A DNA stretch of 61,477 bases, the filler included, from Porpidia crustulata (lineage: Eukaryota), in the NCBI GenBank assembly GCA_964255105.1. It is 8 parts of 8 records of this genome, joined end to end, with 100 filler letters (N's around TTAATTAATTAA, not from the genome) between each part and the next. Parts side by side here need not be neighbours in the genome. Positions count along the whole stretch, not along the records: positions 7,710 to 15,313 come from CAXUWE010001280.1; positions 15,414 to 23,017 come from CAXUWE010001281.1; positions 23,118 to 30,717 come from CAXUWE010001282.1; 5 more parts are not named here. One strand, 5' to 3'. The notes under the pieces are model-generated. The model had not been told where the DNA came from, did not search any database, and worked only from the letters and a program-made list of their open reading frames with translations. This document shows positions 13,597 to 25,356 of the stretch, piece by piece (the stretch's first letter is position 1; each line of letters opens with the position of its first letter). The translations under genes were made by a program, and so were the position numbers.

Positions 13597-15313
13597 ATGG
13601 TCGACGTTCTAAGCCAGGCCGAATGCAAGGCTTTGTGAGTCCAACCAGCCATACCTTGAAAAAGTCTGGCTGCTCAGAATTTCTTTCAAGTTTGTCCCGG
13701 TTTTTGCGCTACTGATTCAACGGTATGGTGTCTAAATTCCGAATATCATAGGACGTACTTGCTTTTAGATGTCTCCTCTTCCATCGTTCCTTCTACAGTC
13801 ATGAAAACATTGTTCTTGAAAACGTTCTTTCCTTGAAGAATGTTGAAAGTGGGTTCTTTCTCTGGGTTCGAGCATTTCCTTACGTTATAAATCTATGCGA
13901 ATCGAGTCGACATGTTACGCTTAACCTCAACCAAGATCAGTTTAAATTCAAGAGACCTCAATTGGCATAAAGATCGCCATGAAGATCGTCAAAGCCGCCG
14001 CGCAAAAGGTCAAACAATCGAGATAACGGCCTTGTCTATAAGTCCACATAAACTTGAGGGGAATCCGTTTGCCTTCCTTGATCACTTCCCACGCCAACCT
14101 TCTGCAAAACAGAACGTAGCCCGCAATAGTCCGCTGGACTCGATTATTTCCAGATTTCCAGTACCACGGGGAGAAAGAAGTTTCTGGGCTGGGGTTCTTG
14201 CTGACGCTACTATACCGACCGTTCGTTCCCTGGATCTAGCCAGGCATCCTCTGATAGTTGAGCCAACTCAGAGCTTCTTGGAAAATCATAGCTCCTCGAG
14301 AGGCTCGGTCCAAGGATACTCTAGTCATTCACAAGACCTCGATGAAATCGAGAGTTATTCGTTAGGAACGCCATATCTAAAATCTGATGGGGATGCGCAG
14401 CCACTCGCTGAAGACGAATATTTTATAGATACCCTGACCGACGACAAAGAGAACCCTAATTCCAAAAACACATTCGAGGAGACAGAACCGCATACTCCCC
14501 GCAGGCGTCGTCATTCTTTTTTCTCATTTCATCGAAAGACCCACGGTACTCCATCTGAAGATCCTATATCTGACGTCCAAGCTCGTTTCTCCGGTCAGAT
14601 TGATCTCGATGGATCTTCAGACCCGGTGCCTAGTCGCTGTAGGTATTGGGCAAGATCTTCGACTGCAGGAGAAACGACCAACTCAGGCTATGACTCTCCT
14701 CCCAGCAATCACCGTCGAATGGACAAGCCTTCTATGATGACTAGGGCAAGGATAGACCCAAATATGGAATTCTCATTATTGCCGGATAGTGAGCGGGAGG
14801 ATATATTAGTATCGCCACAACTACCCCTTCCACGATCAGTCGAGCTCTTTCGCCGCCGCTCTGGCGCCTTGCCTCGTTCACCCCTATGGATCTCGCGCAC
14901 AGAAATTTCTAGCTCGCCAGAGAAGCGTCGCAGATCTCCAGCGAATTCTAGTGACCAAAGCATCGTGGATGTCTCAGGTCTTCTACGTCAAGCTCCACGC
15001 CGTCGTAAAAAGTACATACCTCGTAGCGAGACTTACTCATACGAGGATTCAGTTGACTCTATCCCAACCTCTGATACTCGAGCTTTCAGACAAGAACTTT
15101 TGGACGGTAGCGTAGTCGATTATCCACCGTCTTCGCCACCAGAGATGTCAAGCGATCCCGGGTCTTCGCCCCCTGTTTATCGCAGCCGCTCTAGAACACC
15201 GTCACCTAGGCCGCAACCTTCATATTCTCCAGGAATCACCCGCCAGCTCAACTCCCAAGACAAACCTCTCCAAAACACCCCCCGTCAGCCTGTCCCTTAC
15301 CCTCCCTCCACTT
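13597..15313 (+). CDS. Hypothetical Ser/Pro/Arg-rich protein, 3' truncated by the contig end; probable three short 5' exons
   Basis: Long ORF from 13912 to the spacer. Candidate introns 13635-13677, 13723-13768 and 13849-13906 link ATG 13597 in frame (MVDVLSQAECKALISF...ENIVLENVLSLKNVEIDMLRLTSTKISL). Confidence 0.6.
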
Positions 15314-15413
15314 NNNNNNNNNNNNNNNNNNNNNNNNNNNNNNNNNNNNNNNNNNNNTTAATTAATTAANNNNNNNNNNNNNNNNNNNNNNNNNNNNNNN
15401 NNNNNNNNNNNNN
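15314..15413. other. Artificial contig-joining spacer
   Basis: N44-TTAATTAATTAA-N44. Confidence 0.99.
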
Positions 15414-15431
15414 CCCCTCCACACCTCCCTC

Positions 15432-18400
15432 TCACCCATCCGAACTCCCGGCATCGCTGGCATGGCTATCGCTAACATTGACCGCCAAGAAGCTCTTTGG
15501 CAATTTTACCCTGCGATTCACAGCAACATTAGCAATCCTGATCTGCATGCTCGAACCCCCGCAACAACATACGTGTGAAACTTTGCCCGCAGCGTCTCAA
15601 TCACCTCCTTCCAATCCTGATGCGCCGTCAAACTCCGCCGTGGCGCGCATCCGATCGAGTGCTTCGAGTCGAGCTGCACGTCCAGCGGATCCGAGGTGTG
15701 GCAGCCCGGCGTGATGGTGATGCGGATGCTGTACGCAAAAGTGTCGGCGTCCTTGTCCTCGGACTCGTAGAGCTCAAAGGTGATGTGGGAGAGGTAGTCG
15801 AGTTCGGGGATGGCGTTCCTCTCGATCTTGGTTTTGATGCCGCCTTCGAGGATGCAATTTAAAAGAGTGTAGATGTGCGATTCTTTGGTAAAGTATATAA
15901 AGGACTTGGCGTCATCTGAAGCCTGGACCTCTTCGAGGTCGTTGACGATTTCTTTCAAGAGGGGCAACGATGTCAAAAGGCCTATCTCCAGCTTTTCGCT
16001 GTCGCTAATGCCATACTCTTGCGGACATACGAAGTCGAACAGCACTTTTGCATATTTATACAGCTCCCGTAACTTTGCGAGTCGAACGTCTTGCTTGGCT
16101 TTGGTAGGGCCATTACCAACAAAGAGCTTGAAGTAGGAATCATGGGAGGAATCCTGTGGAGTGGCCTGCGGCGATGGAAGGGTCACGGTAGCTTTCCTTC
16201 CAAAGCCCATACGCTGGGCTAGATTACCTGATGATTTTTCCGCCACTTTCTCGCCACCGTGGCTGCCTTTACGCTCGTGCTTTGTCTGCGGTGGTCTATT
16301 TTCTTGGTGTTCTTCCAAAACCGTGGACTCTGGCTTTCCATCTGCCGTGTTGTTTTCTTCCAACATGCTTGCGCTGGGCGTGAATACCCATTCTAAGAAT
16401 TGCCTGTCATGTAAGGCGTCAAATTTCATGGTATCATAGAGTTCCGAAATCTTGCTTGGATCGACCTTTTCTGAATCACAGAATTCACCAAAAAGCTTTT
16501 CCCATCGTTCCTTGAAGAGCTCAGGATCTTCCCCACAGCACCATCGGGCCTGGACATTAGCGACCGCTTGGGCTTGAGCAAGGGCACCACTAGAGCCTTG
16601 TACTGGACCTGGAGAGCCCTCACTTGATTTGTTCAAGGCGCTGAGTGAAGCCGCGGCACTGGTACTGATTTTCTTAAAATTATGCCTCATAACCTTCCGA
16701 TGGAAATTCATGAGCTCGACAACTTTCCGAACGACAATTGACGGTTCTGGCGTATCAGTAGGCCAAGCAAATTGGGGTGGGGCTTTGTGGCCTTCCCTCA
16801 ATAAGAGTTTCAACTTCTTCTTTACTTTATCCATGACGTCCTTTGCCGCATTGGAATCGTCGAGCAAATCTTTCCTTACTGTGATTGAATCTTCTGATAC
16901 CTCTTTCTGATCCAGGAATGACGCAGCCCAGATTTGTGCTAGGCTAAATTAATACCTTGACTTCAAACGGTAAGTCGAGATACATACCGCTCGTACTCAC
17001 CCTCCGCTCAGAGCTCGTGAAGACACGGACATCATTCAAAGCCTCTTTGTTCATCAACAACAAATCGTTCCTCATATTTTCTCCAAGATCCTGTGACTGA
17101 TAGCGCGCTGAATGGGTTGGTTCTCCGCCCCATTTGATAATGAGTTGAAGCTTGTCAATGATCAAATCGTTTTCTGCAGCAGAAAAGCGTGAAAGAGTGC
17201 TTCCGTTGAATGAATTGCTCCTTATATGGGAGCCAAACGAAGATTCTTGCGGACTATCTACCAAGTCAGACGTAGTCGACAGGGCTCCCCCAGCATCTGT
17301 ATTCGCCTCATTTTTAAGCTTCTGCAAACTCTCCTCGGGTTTTCTTTTGCGGAACATGGGCTTGATCTGGACCTTGGTACCCATCCAAGCACCTTTACGA
17401 GCCAAGGAAGTCCGTAGAACTTGTAACTTCTCGGGATCTTCAATACCTTGCTGCATTGCCGTCTTGACTGCTTCTTGGACACTGTTTAATGCAGCTTCTC
17501 CCTTGAGCAAGACTTCTTCTTGATGGCCTTTGAGCAAATCAACAAAAGGCTGGGTATGAAAGGTGAACTTGAACTTTTGCTTCGGCGTTCGATCTGCATG
17601 ACGTACCACGGCCACCATACCTTTGAGTTTCCAAGAATGTTTAGACGCCGGTTGTGGGATAGCTTCCGATGTCGATTGATCCACCGAGTGCGCTTCAGTT
17701 GTGGGAGGCAAAGCTATGGGTACTACTGGTGGGGGTAGGTCCACAATTTCCGCAAAGTTCTTTGGCGGGATTCTGACAGACTCATTCTCGATGCTCGGAG
17801 GTGATGTCACGGGCGTTGTTACTGATGATAGATCTGGCGAGCCCGGAGCATTAGAGCGGTGGCCTAGATGCTGTCCGGTAAGCCTAGACATACTGGGAGA
17901 CTTGATCATTGATTTCAACGTAGCGCGATGTCCGCTGACGGTATTCTTACGGTGAGACTGGCTCTTTTCTGAGATGATTTCGATTTGGCTCTCGGCAGGA
18001 GGGATACTCCCATCACACTTTCGCTTTTCTCGGACGAATAGATCCTTCAAGATACTAGCACATTTATCGTAATACTCTTTGTTGTCTTTTACAAAACTCC
18101 AACCATTGACATCGATAACATAGCTTTTGTTTCCCGCACGAAGTAAATCGAACCCGCAGACGCGCTGTCCAAAGCCAGTAACAATCTTCGTAGCCATGAT
18201 TGACTCTTCCTTCGTCAAACTAGTAATATACCTAATCTCTTTCCCATGAGTGTTTCTGCGCACAAGCCCATCGACTACTGGAGATTTCCTAGTCTCTGCG
18301 TGGCAGAATTCCGGTCCAACGGTGTAGGCTTTGATGTCTTCAGCATTTTCGACTTGTAGGAATTTTTCATAAACATAGCTACTTCCTTCTTCGGTCAAAG

Positions 18401-20093
18401 CTCGTGGAATGATCAAATCTTTATCCCATTCCGAGCTTTTATTGCCTATCTTCCGGAACAGCTTCCTACCTCCACCACCATCGAAATTTTTCGGGAAGTA
18501 AATTCGGATGTTATGGTCTTCACCGCTAATAGGCTTCTCGACAAAAGGTTTTTTGAGCGTAAAGCCATCGACGTATAATGTATCTCCATCATCGATGAGC
18601 TCCACCTTTTTTGTCACCTGCATTCCTCTACCATTCTCAAGTGAGTCCAACTTAACTCCACTCAACCTAAATACCCGATCTGCAAGCTCTGTAGATTCCA
18701 GAGAAGGACCACCATCACGATTGACCTCAATTCGTTTTGGCGTCGGCACCTCCATCTTATCGAGTATCCGTAAGCAGATCCTGCGGTCCCATAGAATTTT
18801 TTGCATTGGCAAATCGTTGATACAAAATGGTTTACGAAGCTTACTGTAAGCGATGGCCTTGTCCAAGGGGAAGCCATCGGAGAAGAAAGAAATCAGGAAG
18901 TCGCAAATCGGCCAATTTTCTACCTCCTCATCTAAGATAACCTTATCACCAAACACCAGAATATCAAACTCGCTGTTGGATTGGAGACGGGTAAGAATGT
19001 TACGGCTAGCCTTGCTACGAGCTTTTACATCAAGTGCGCACACACCGATCCTCCCTAAAGGTGCGGGCTTCGCTTGCGAGCTTCGATCGCTATTGTTAGG
19101 GCTGGCAGTACTACTTGGTCCAGTACTTCCAGTTGTCTGTTGCTGCGTTCTGCTCCTTGAACGGCGAGGGATAGGCCTTGCCAAAGACCCGGGATTCCAG
19201 GAATCCACGTGTTTGGAGACACTGATGGAGTTCAGACTGGACTCCTTTAATGTGCTCAAGGGAATCTGGTGCTGTGTCGTCGAATTTGCGATCACGGATA
19301 TTGGGTCTGTAGCCGTGGTTGCAGATGATGAGGCTTCCCCCCTAGCTGAACCTAATGACGGACTAAGAGGTACTGTACTCTGATTGGAGGCATCTAATGC
19401 TCCGCCTCTTACAGAACCAGCATTAGAGCTCGCAGCGCTGGGTGGTGCACTACTTCCAGTCGCTCCACTATGGACTGCTGACCCCAGTGAATACAACGAT
19501 GAATAGGATAAGCGGTTGCCTTCAATATCGGAGTTACTTGTTGATGAGTGAAGCGGTCTCAATGTGGATTCTGGAAGGGTTAGAGGAGTGTAAGGCTCCG
19601 AGGCCGGATGTGGCTGTTGTCCGGCTACACTTGGAGTCTTCTCGACATCGTCTGGTTCGACTGCCCCAGTGGTTCTTTCTGTGGGTCCATCTACACTATG
19701 GTTCGTCCCTACAGTGTCACTGCTGGCCATGGTGGCCGAAGGTGTACGTGAGGCAGTAGGTTTGTAGGTTGACGACGGCTTTGTCACAGGTGGGGGCATA
19801 GAAATGCTGGCCCTTTCTACGTTAGCGCTGCTTGTGCCAACATCTGCAAATCGGCCTTTTCTATTTGGTAGAAGAGGGATGGAAGAGGTAGATAACAATG
19901 AATGAGATGGCGAACGATGGAATTGGCCTAGCGATGGTGGTATAATTTTTGATGAGTCTTCCAATACTGGTGGAGACGGAGGATTGGAAGATCTAAGTTC
20001 TGGAAGTTCCTGATTGTTTTCCATAGACCTTACCAGAAGACTCTGATAGGAAGTCGCGCCTTCCCCGCCGGCGGTCCCTGATAAAGAAGCCAT
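15432..20093 (-). CDS. VIP1: Inositol hexakisphosphate/diphosphoinositol-pentakisphosphate kinase (PPIP5K, Vip1/Asp1), 3 exons (20093-16988, 16938-15573, 15510-15432)
   Basis: ATP-grasp kinase domain (IGVCALDVKARSK, FVEKPISGEDHNI, HAETRKSPVVDG, IDVNGWSFVK) plus a histidine-phosphatase domain (RHADR...KESHI). Confidence 0.95.
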
Positions 20094-20529
20094 TCTCTCC
20101 CAAACGCTGCTTCTCAGCCAGTGTCTAGCTCATGATTTTTTTTATATTTTGTCCTCCTGATCGACCCCCATCTTATGATCGACAAATGACTGGGCCATCG
20201 TGACCTTAGTATGCAGGAAAGAAAAACCCTAGCTAACAAAGTTCAAGGATCGAAGATATCAAAGTGTAAAGCGTTAAATATCAAGTGTCAACCTAAGCGG
20301 TAATGATACGGGTGATACGATGAAAGCGAGACGCAAAGAAACACTCGCATTGGACAAAATGTTACAAAGATATCTTTCGTACGTCATTGTACATGACCAA
20401 TTTTAGCATTGTCTCCGCGTAAAACTGCCCGATGCAAAGTGTCAAAAAGCTTAACCGAGTTTAAGCGACAGCGCGAGCAAGTAGTATTCGATCAAACTCG
20501 TAGGCTTCTGTGATAGAAGAGACTGCAAT

Positions 20530-23017
20530 ATGTCAAGAGACAGCCTCCCCAATGATTACGCCATCGTTAAGCGCCAGAAACTCAGTGAAGCCAAGAGTAC
20601 GAAACAGTCCAAGCCGACCGCAAGGATATTTGCGCCCTTCCGAACCTTAGGGCTTGTTTCTCCCACTGCTGTACCCTTCACGGCCCTTCCGCTGGGTAAG
20701 ACCACGTTCCAGATCAGCACTTCTGTGGGGCGATGTCTCCATACGTATGACCTCCGAAAGGGCCTGAATTTGGTATTCCTCACTCGACCACAAACACCCG
20801 CAAATATCACGTCCACGACAGCATGGAAAGACCGTGTATTTGCAGCATGGGGTGGAGAGGAGTCGGGCAGCGATATTGGGCTATGGGTGTTCAAAAGAGG
20901 GCATAAGGTTGGAGAATTGGAGATGCCAGTTGGGCTGGAAGAGCCCATCTCGCAGATAGTAATATTCGGGTCATGGATAGTAGGATGTTGCTCGTCACGG
21001 ATCGAAGTCTGGAAGTCAATCAATTACGAACACTACACCACAATTTCGCCCTCAGGTCCGAGGAGTACAGGCTCTATCAGAAAATTGTCCGGTGGTATTT
21101 GCAATATGCCAACATTTCTGAACAAGATCTTCGTGGGCAGGGCGGATGGTAGTGTAGAAATATGGAATATAAGTACAGGAAAGCTCATATATACTATACT
21201 CCCGCCAACTTCATCTTCAGGGGCTGTTACAGCTCTACAACCAACTCCAGCTGTTGCCGTGCTCTCAATCGCACGTTCCGATGGGTCCATTGTTCTTCAT
21301 GATATCCGGTCCGACCAAATAATCCTGAAGTTGAACAATAGGGCTTCTCGTTCAGCCAACATAACTTCAATCTCATTTCGAAGCGATGGAATCGGAGGTG
21401 GTGAGGATGGCCGGAAAGCAGGTATCATGGCGACCGCGGGGCCTGATGATGGCGATGTCACATTGTGGGACTTGAACGCCGGCGGTAAGGTTGTCGGGGT
21501 TCTGCGAGGGGCGCATAACCCGCCTTCTTCAGCCCACGGAGGAGTCTCTGGCGGTATTACCAGAGTCGAGTTCTTGTCGGGCCAGGATGTAATGATTACA
21601 TCTGGATTGGACAATGCCCTCAAATCGTGGATATTTGATGCAACATCTTTAACAGCAACACCACGAATTTTACATTCTCGCAGTGGTCATGCTGCGCCAG
21701 TAACCAGGCTCAGTTTCGTACCCTCGAATTCAGATGGATCTGAAACGGACGGAAAGTGGCTTTTGAGTGCAGGAAGAGATCAGAGTCTTTGGGCCTGGAG
21801 TCTTCGGAAAGATGGACAAAGCACAGAGCTTTCTCAAGGCAATGTTCGAAGGAAAGCAAAAAAGCTCGGAGTACTAGGTAAAAGCCTCGACGTAGCGAAT
21901 TCAACTAGCTTGAAGGACTTGAAAGCGCCGGAGATCACATGTATTTCCTGCTCATTAAACCGCGATGGAGGTATGGGTGCTTCCGCCGGTGGTGGTACGG
22001 TGTGGTCAAATGTAACAGCAAAGAAAGGACAAGCGGATGCCTCAGGAACTGGCGCTACTGGTTGGGAGAGTATCGTAACAGGTCATCGTGGGGACAAGTA
22101 CGCAAGAACTTGGTTTTGGGGCAGAAAGAAGGCCGGAAGATGGGCTTTCGAAACAGGTGATGGTACCGAAGTAACAAGCGTTGCGGTTACCCCTTGTGGT
22201 ACTTTTGCGCTGGTTGGTTCAGCTGGTGGCCATATATCGATGTTTAATCTCCAGTCTGGCATTCAACGCCAGCGATTTCCCTCGGCTCTGACGCCAGCTC
22301 AAGCGAGAAAATTGAAGATTTCGCAAGCCAATAGCCAGCTCGAGACGATAGTTGGGGAAAAAAGCTTTGGGCCAGGCGAAGGGAAGCACAGAAAAGCCAT
22401 TACAGGGCTCATGGTAGATGGTCTGAACCGAACCCTCATAAGCTGCAGTCTAGATGGCAAACTCAAGTTTTGGGATTTCCAGACTGGCCTTCTGCAGTCC
22501 GAGCTAGATTGGTCGCCCATGACCGCTATTACAATCTCCCAATATCATAGTCCCAACGATCTCATAGCTCTTGGCTGCGATGATCTCTCTATTCGCGTAG
22601 TCGATACTGAAACTAAAAGGCTCGTAAGAGAGCTCTGGGGCTGTATGGGTCAAATTAGCGATTTCTGCTTTTCGAGCGATGGCCGCTGGATCATCGCCGC
22701 CTCGATGGATTCCGCAATCCGCGTTTGGGACCTTCCAACCGGCCATCTCATCAATGCCCTGAGACTGGAGAGTCCATGCACCGCCCTGGCCTTCTCCGAC
22801 ACCGGTGAGTTTCTCGCTACTGCACATGCAGACGGCGTAGGTGTCAACATCTGGAACAACCGCACGATTTTCACCTACGTACCTACACGACTTATCAACG
22901 AAGACGAGACAATACCTGCGATTGCACCCACTACATCCGGGGAAAACGGTCAGGGCTTAATCGAAGCCGCATTCGAAGACGCATCCGTCCCCTCCGACGA
23001 AGGAGAAGATCTCCCAC
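20530..23017 (+). CDS. UTP21: U3 snoRNP/SSU processome WD40 protein Utp21 (WDR36), 3' truncated
   Basis: N-terminus IFAPFRTLGLVSPTAVPF, multiple WD repeats and the FCFSSDGRWIIAASMDS motif. Confidence 0.92.
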
Positions 23018-23117
23018 NNNNNNNNNNNNNNNNNNNNNNNNNNNNNNNNNNNNNNNNNNNNTTAATTAATTAANNNNNNNNNNNNNNNNNNNNNNNNNNN
23101 NNNNNNNNNNNNNNNNN
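23018..23117. other. Artificial contig-joining spacer
   Basis: N44-TTAATTAATTAA-N44. Confidence 0.99.
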
Positions 23118-24912
23118 CCCCGGGGAAGGGGGGGGACGAACCGTCTCTTCAAGCTGTGCCGCTTGCTCACGAAGCTGGTTTCGCATTTGACGCCGTAGTT
23201 CTTGCGGGCAAATCGACCTGCTACTTCAACCGCGGCGTGTTGCGGGGATGCTGTGGCGAGGCCTTTCATCAGGGCGCCGCGGACCACGGCGGTCCAGCTG
23301 AACGTTGCTAGCTGGATCTTCATACTTGCTAGACAGAATCGGACTGTTCTTACCCGTTCGGCGGTTGCATGACTTCGACTTTGCTCCCTACTGCTCCCCG
23401 GACACAGTCTCGCAGATAGGCGCTCTGGCCAAAACCTCCGACAAGCAGGACAACTTTCACGGGCTCTTTGGTGGCTCGGATCTGACCTTTGACTAGAAAA
23501 ACAACTTCATCGATGACTGGATCGAAGATTGTTTTGATTTCGGCGGAGGTCACACGGAGTCTGCCTCTGCGGACATTCAGGAGAGCATCATCTGAAAGTC
23601 CGGGGACTATGCATGATGCATTAGCTTCCGATAGAATTATCAAAGAGCAGTTGAGGGTGAACGAAAAAGTCTTCAGCAGCAGTTCCACCGAACTGCCTCT
23701 TGATCTAGGACACATGACCCGTTAGTCATAGAACTTGATGATTTTGTATATTGCATCTTACAATAACATCAAATCGCTTCATTGCCTTGATATATATTAG
23801 TAACCACCAGAAAGTGGATCAGGCTGGATCTCACCTCTTCAAGTACATCTTCGTCTCAGTCAGACTTGTCACCAAGCCTGTCATCTAGAAACTTTTGAAA
23901 CACACGGTTCAGAAAAGATGAGCCGGACAATGAGCCACTTCCGGGGCTAGCTTCAATGACTTCCAGCTTGGGGTGCATTGTAGAAACGGTGTATGATATC
24001 AGATCCACAGTGCCTCCACCAGCATCACATAGTACAAAGGTATCGCCTTTCTTCAGATTATGAGGGTCCATGACGTCTAACGCATAGATCGCTGCAGCCT
24101 CAGGCTCGGAGACAATGTGTAGTGATGATCCCTCGCCCATTCCGGCTCTCTCGGCGCAGATGCGTGTCTTTGCTTGTGCCACATCTGACCAGACCGCAGG
24201 GACAGTGATCTTGATGAAGTCAGCTAGACTTACAGACTTAATAGTTGATGATGACATACTATAAACTCCATCGGCGTATTTTGTATCGCGCTCTCTGGCA
24301 GCTTATGACGCAGGACTCGTTCAACGTGCTCGCGGAGTGCTGTCAAGTAGTCCGTGACAAGTCTTTCCGCAGGAATATTGAAGCCACGAGAAGGAGCAGC
24401 TGTGGGATCGGGAAACAACTTTGCCAGCCTTGAATCGCTGCAGGATGGATTAGGATCAAGCTTTAGCTTGAACCACCGATACCTGTGGCCCGAATCCGAG
24501 AGCTGAAATCCCCATTTGTACTTTTCACCGTCGTACTGTAACTCGCTTTCAGAAGAATTAGTAGAGAAAAACCTTCGTCAGAATCGAACACTCACGTGGG
24601 AACTTTATCACTTGTAATGCCCTCAAGTCCTTTTGATCGAGCGTCTGGCCATTGAATGATCGCCGTCTGTATATCAGACTGCTCTCAATTAGTCATCTGA
24701 GTGACATCAAGTCAGGGTAAGCGATTGTGTACCTTGCGAGTCTGCGTCCAAGCAAGACCTGAGAATGTAGTACCGCTACTTGAAATTAGTCTTATACGTG
24801 TACAGCTAAAGGTTGACACTGACAAGTCCACAGCGACGAGAATTTTGCGATCAAGCTCAACCTCAGCTTTGGGGCTCTCCGAGACTCGCTTGCGCTTCAG
24901 ACTCGGTAGCAT
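23118..24912 (-). pseudogene. Atypical Hsp70 (HSPA12-like actin-fold ATPase), multi-exon, with in-frame TGA; 3' truncated
   Basis: Spliced motifs VAVDFGTTFSG, ITVPAVWSD, VSEPEAAA, LCDAGGGTVDLISY, LVGGFGQS and WTAVVRGA. An in-frame TGA lies at 23858-23856 inside an exon (LGDKSD*DEDVLEE). Confidence 0.8.
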
Positions 24913-25356
24913 AGTGACTATTGAAAGGAAGATGAGACTCAAATCTCGATTGAGACTGAAGTATCAGAAGGATGTATCGAAGCCTTGATCAGACTGAGTA
25001 TTTGTGAAAGATTCGTGTTCAGAGATGATGTTGAAAAGATTTGTCAAGTGAGCCGCAGATCCTGATAAATGTGATGTGATATTTGACTCAACTGAGGATG
25101 CCATTAAGCAGATTTGACTTATCTTGACGTCAAGAGGAAGAAAAGTGGCATCAAATTGCCAAAGAGTCACTCATTTGCTGTGGACAGAGCTATAGATGAG
25201 ACAAGACTGATTGTCTTGATATATTCGGTCAGCCGACAGAACTTCGAAGCTTTGGATCGGGCACAGAAAGTGAAGTCCACAGGTCTAAGAAGTTTTACTG
25301 ACAAGTAGATCTGATCAAGGCTTACAGAATTCACAAATCAATCATACCTGAAGGTG

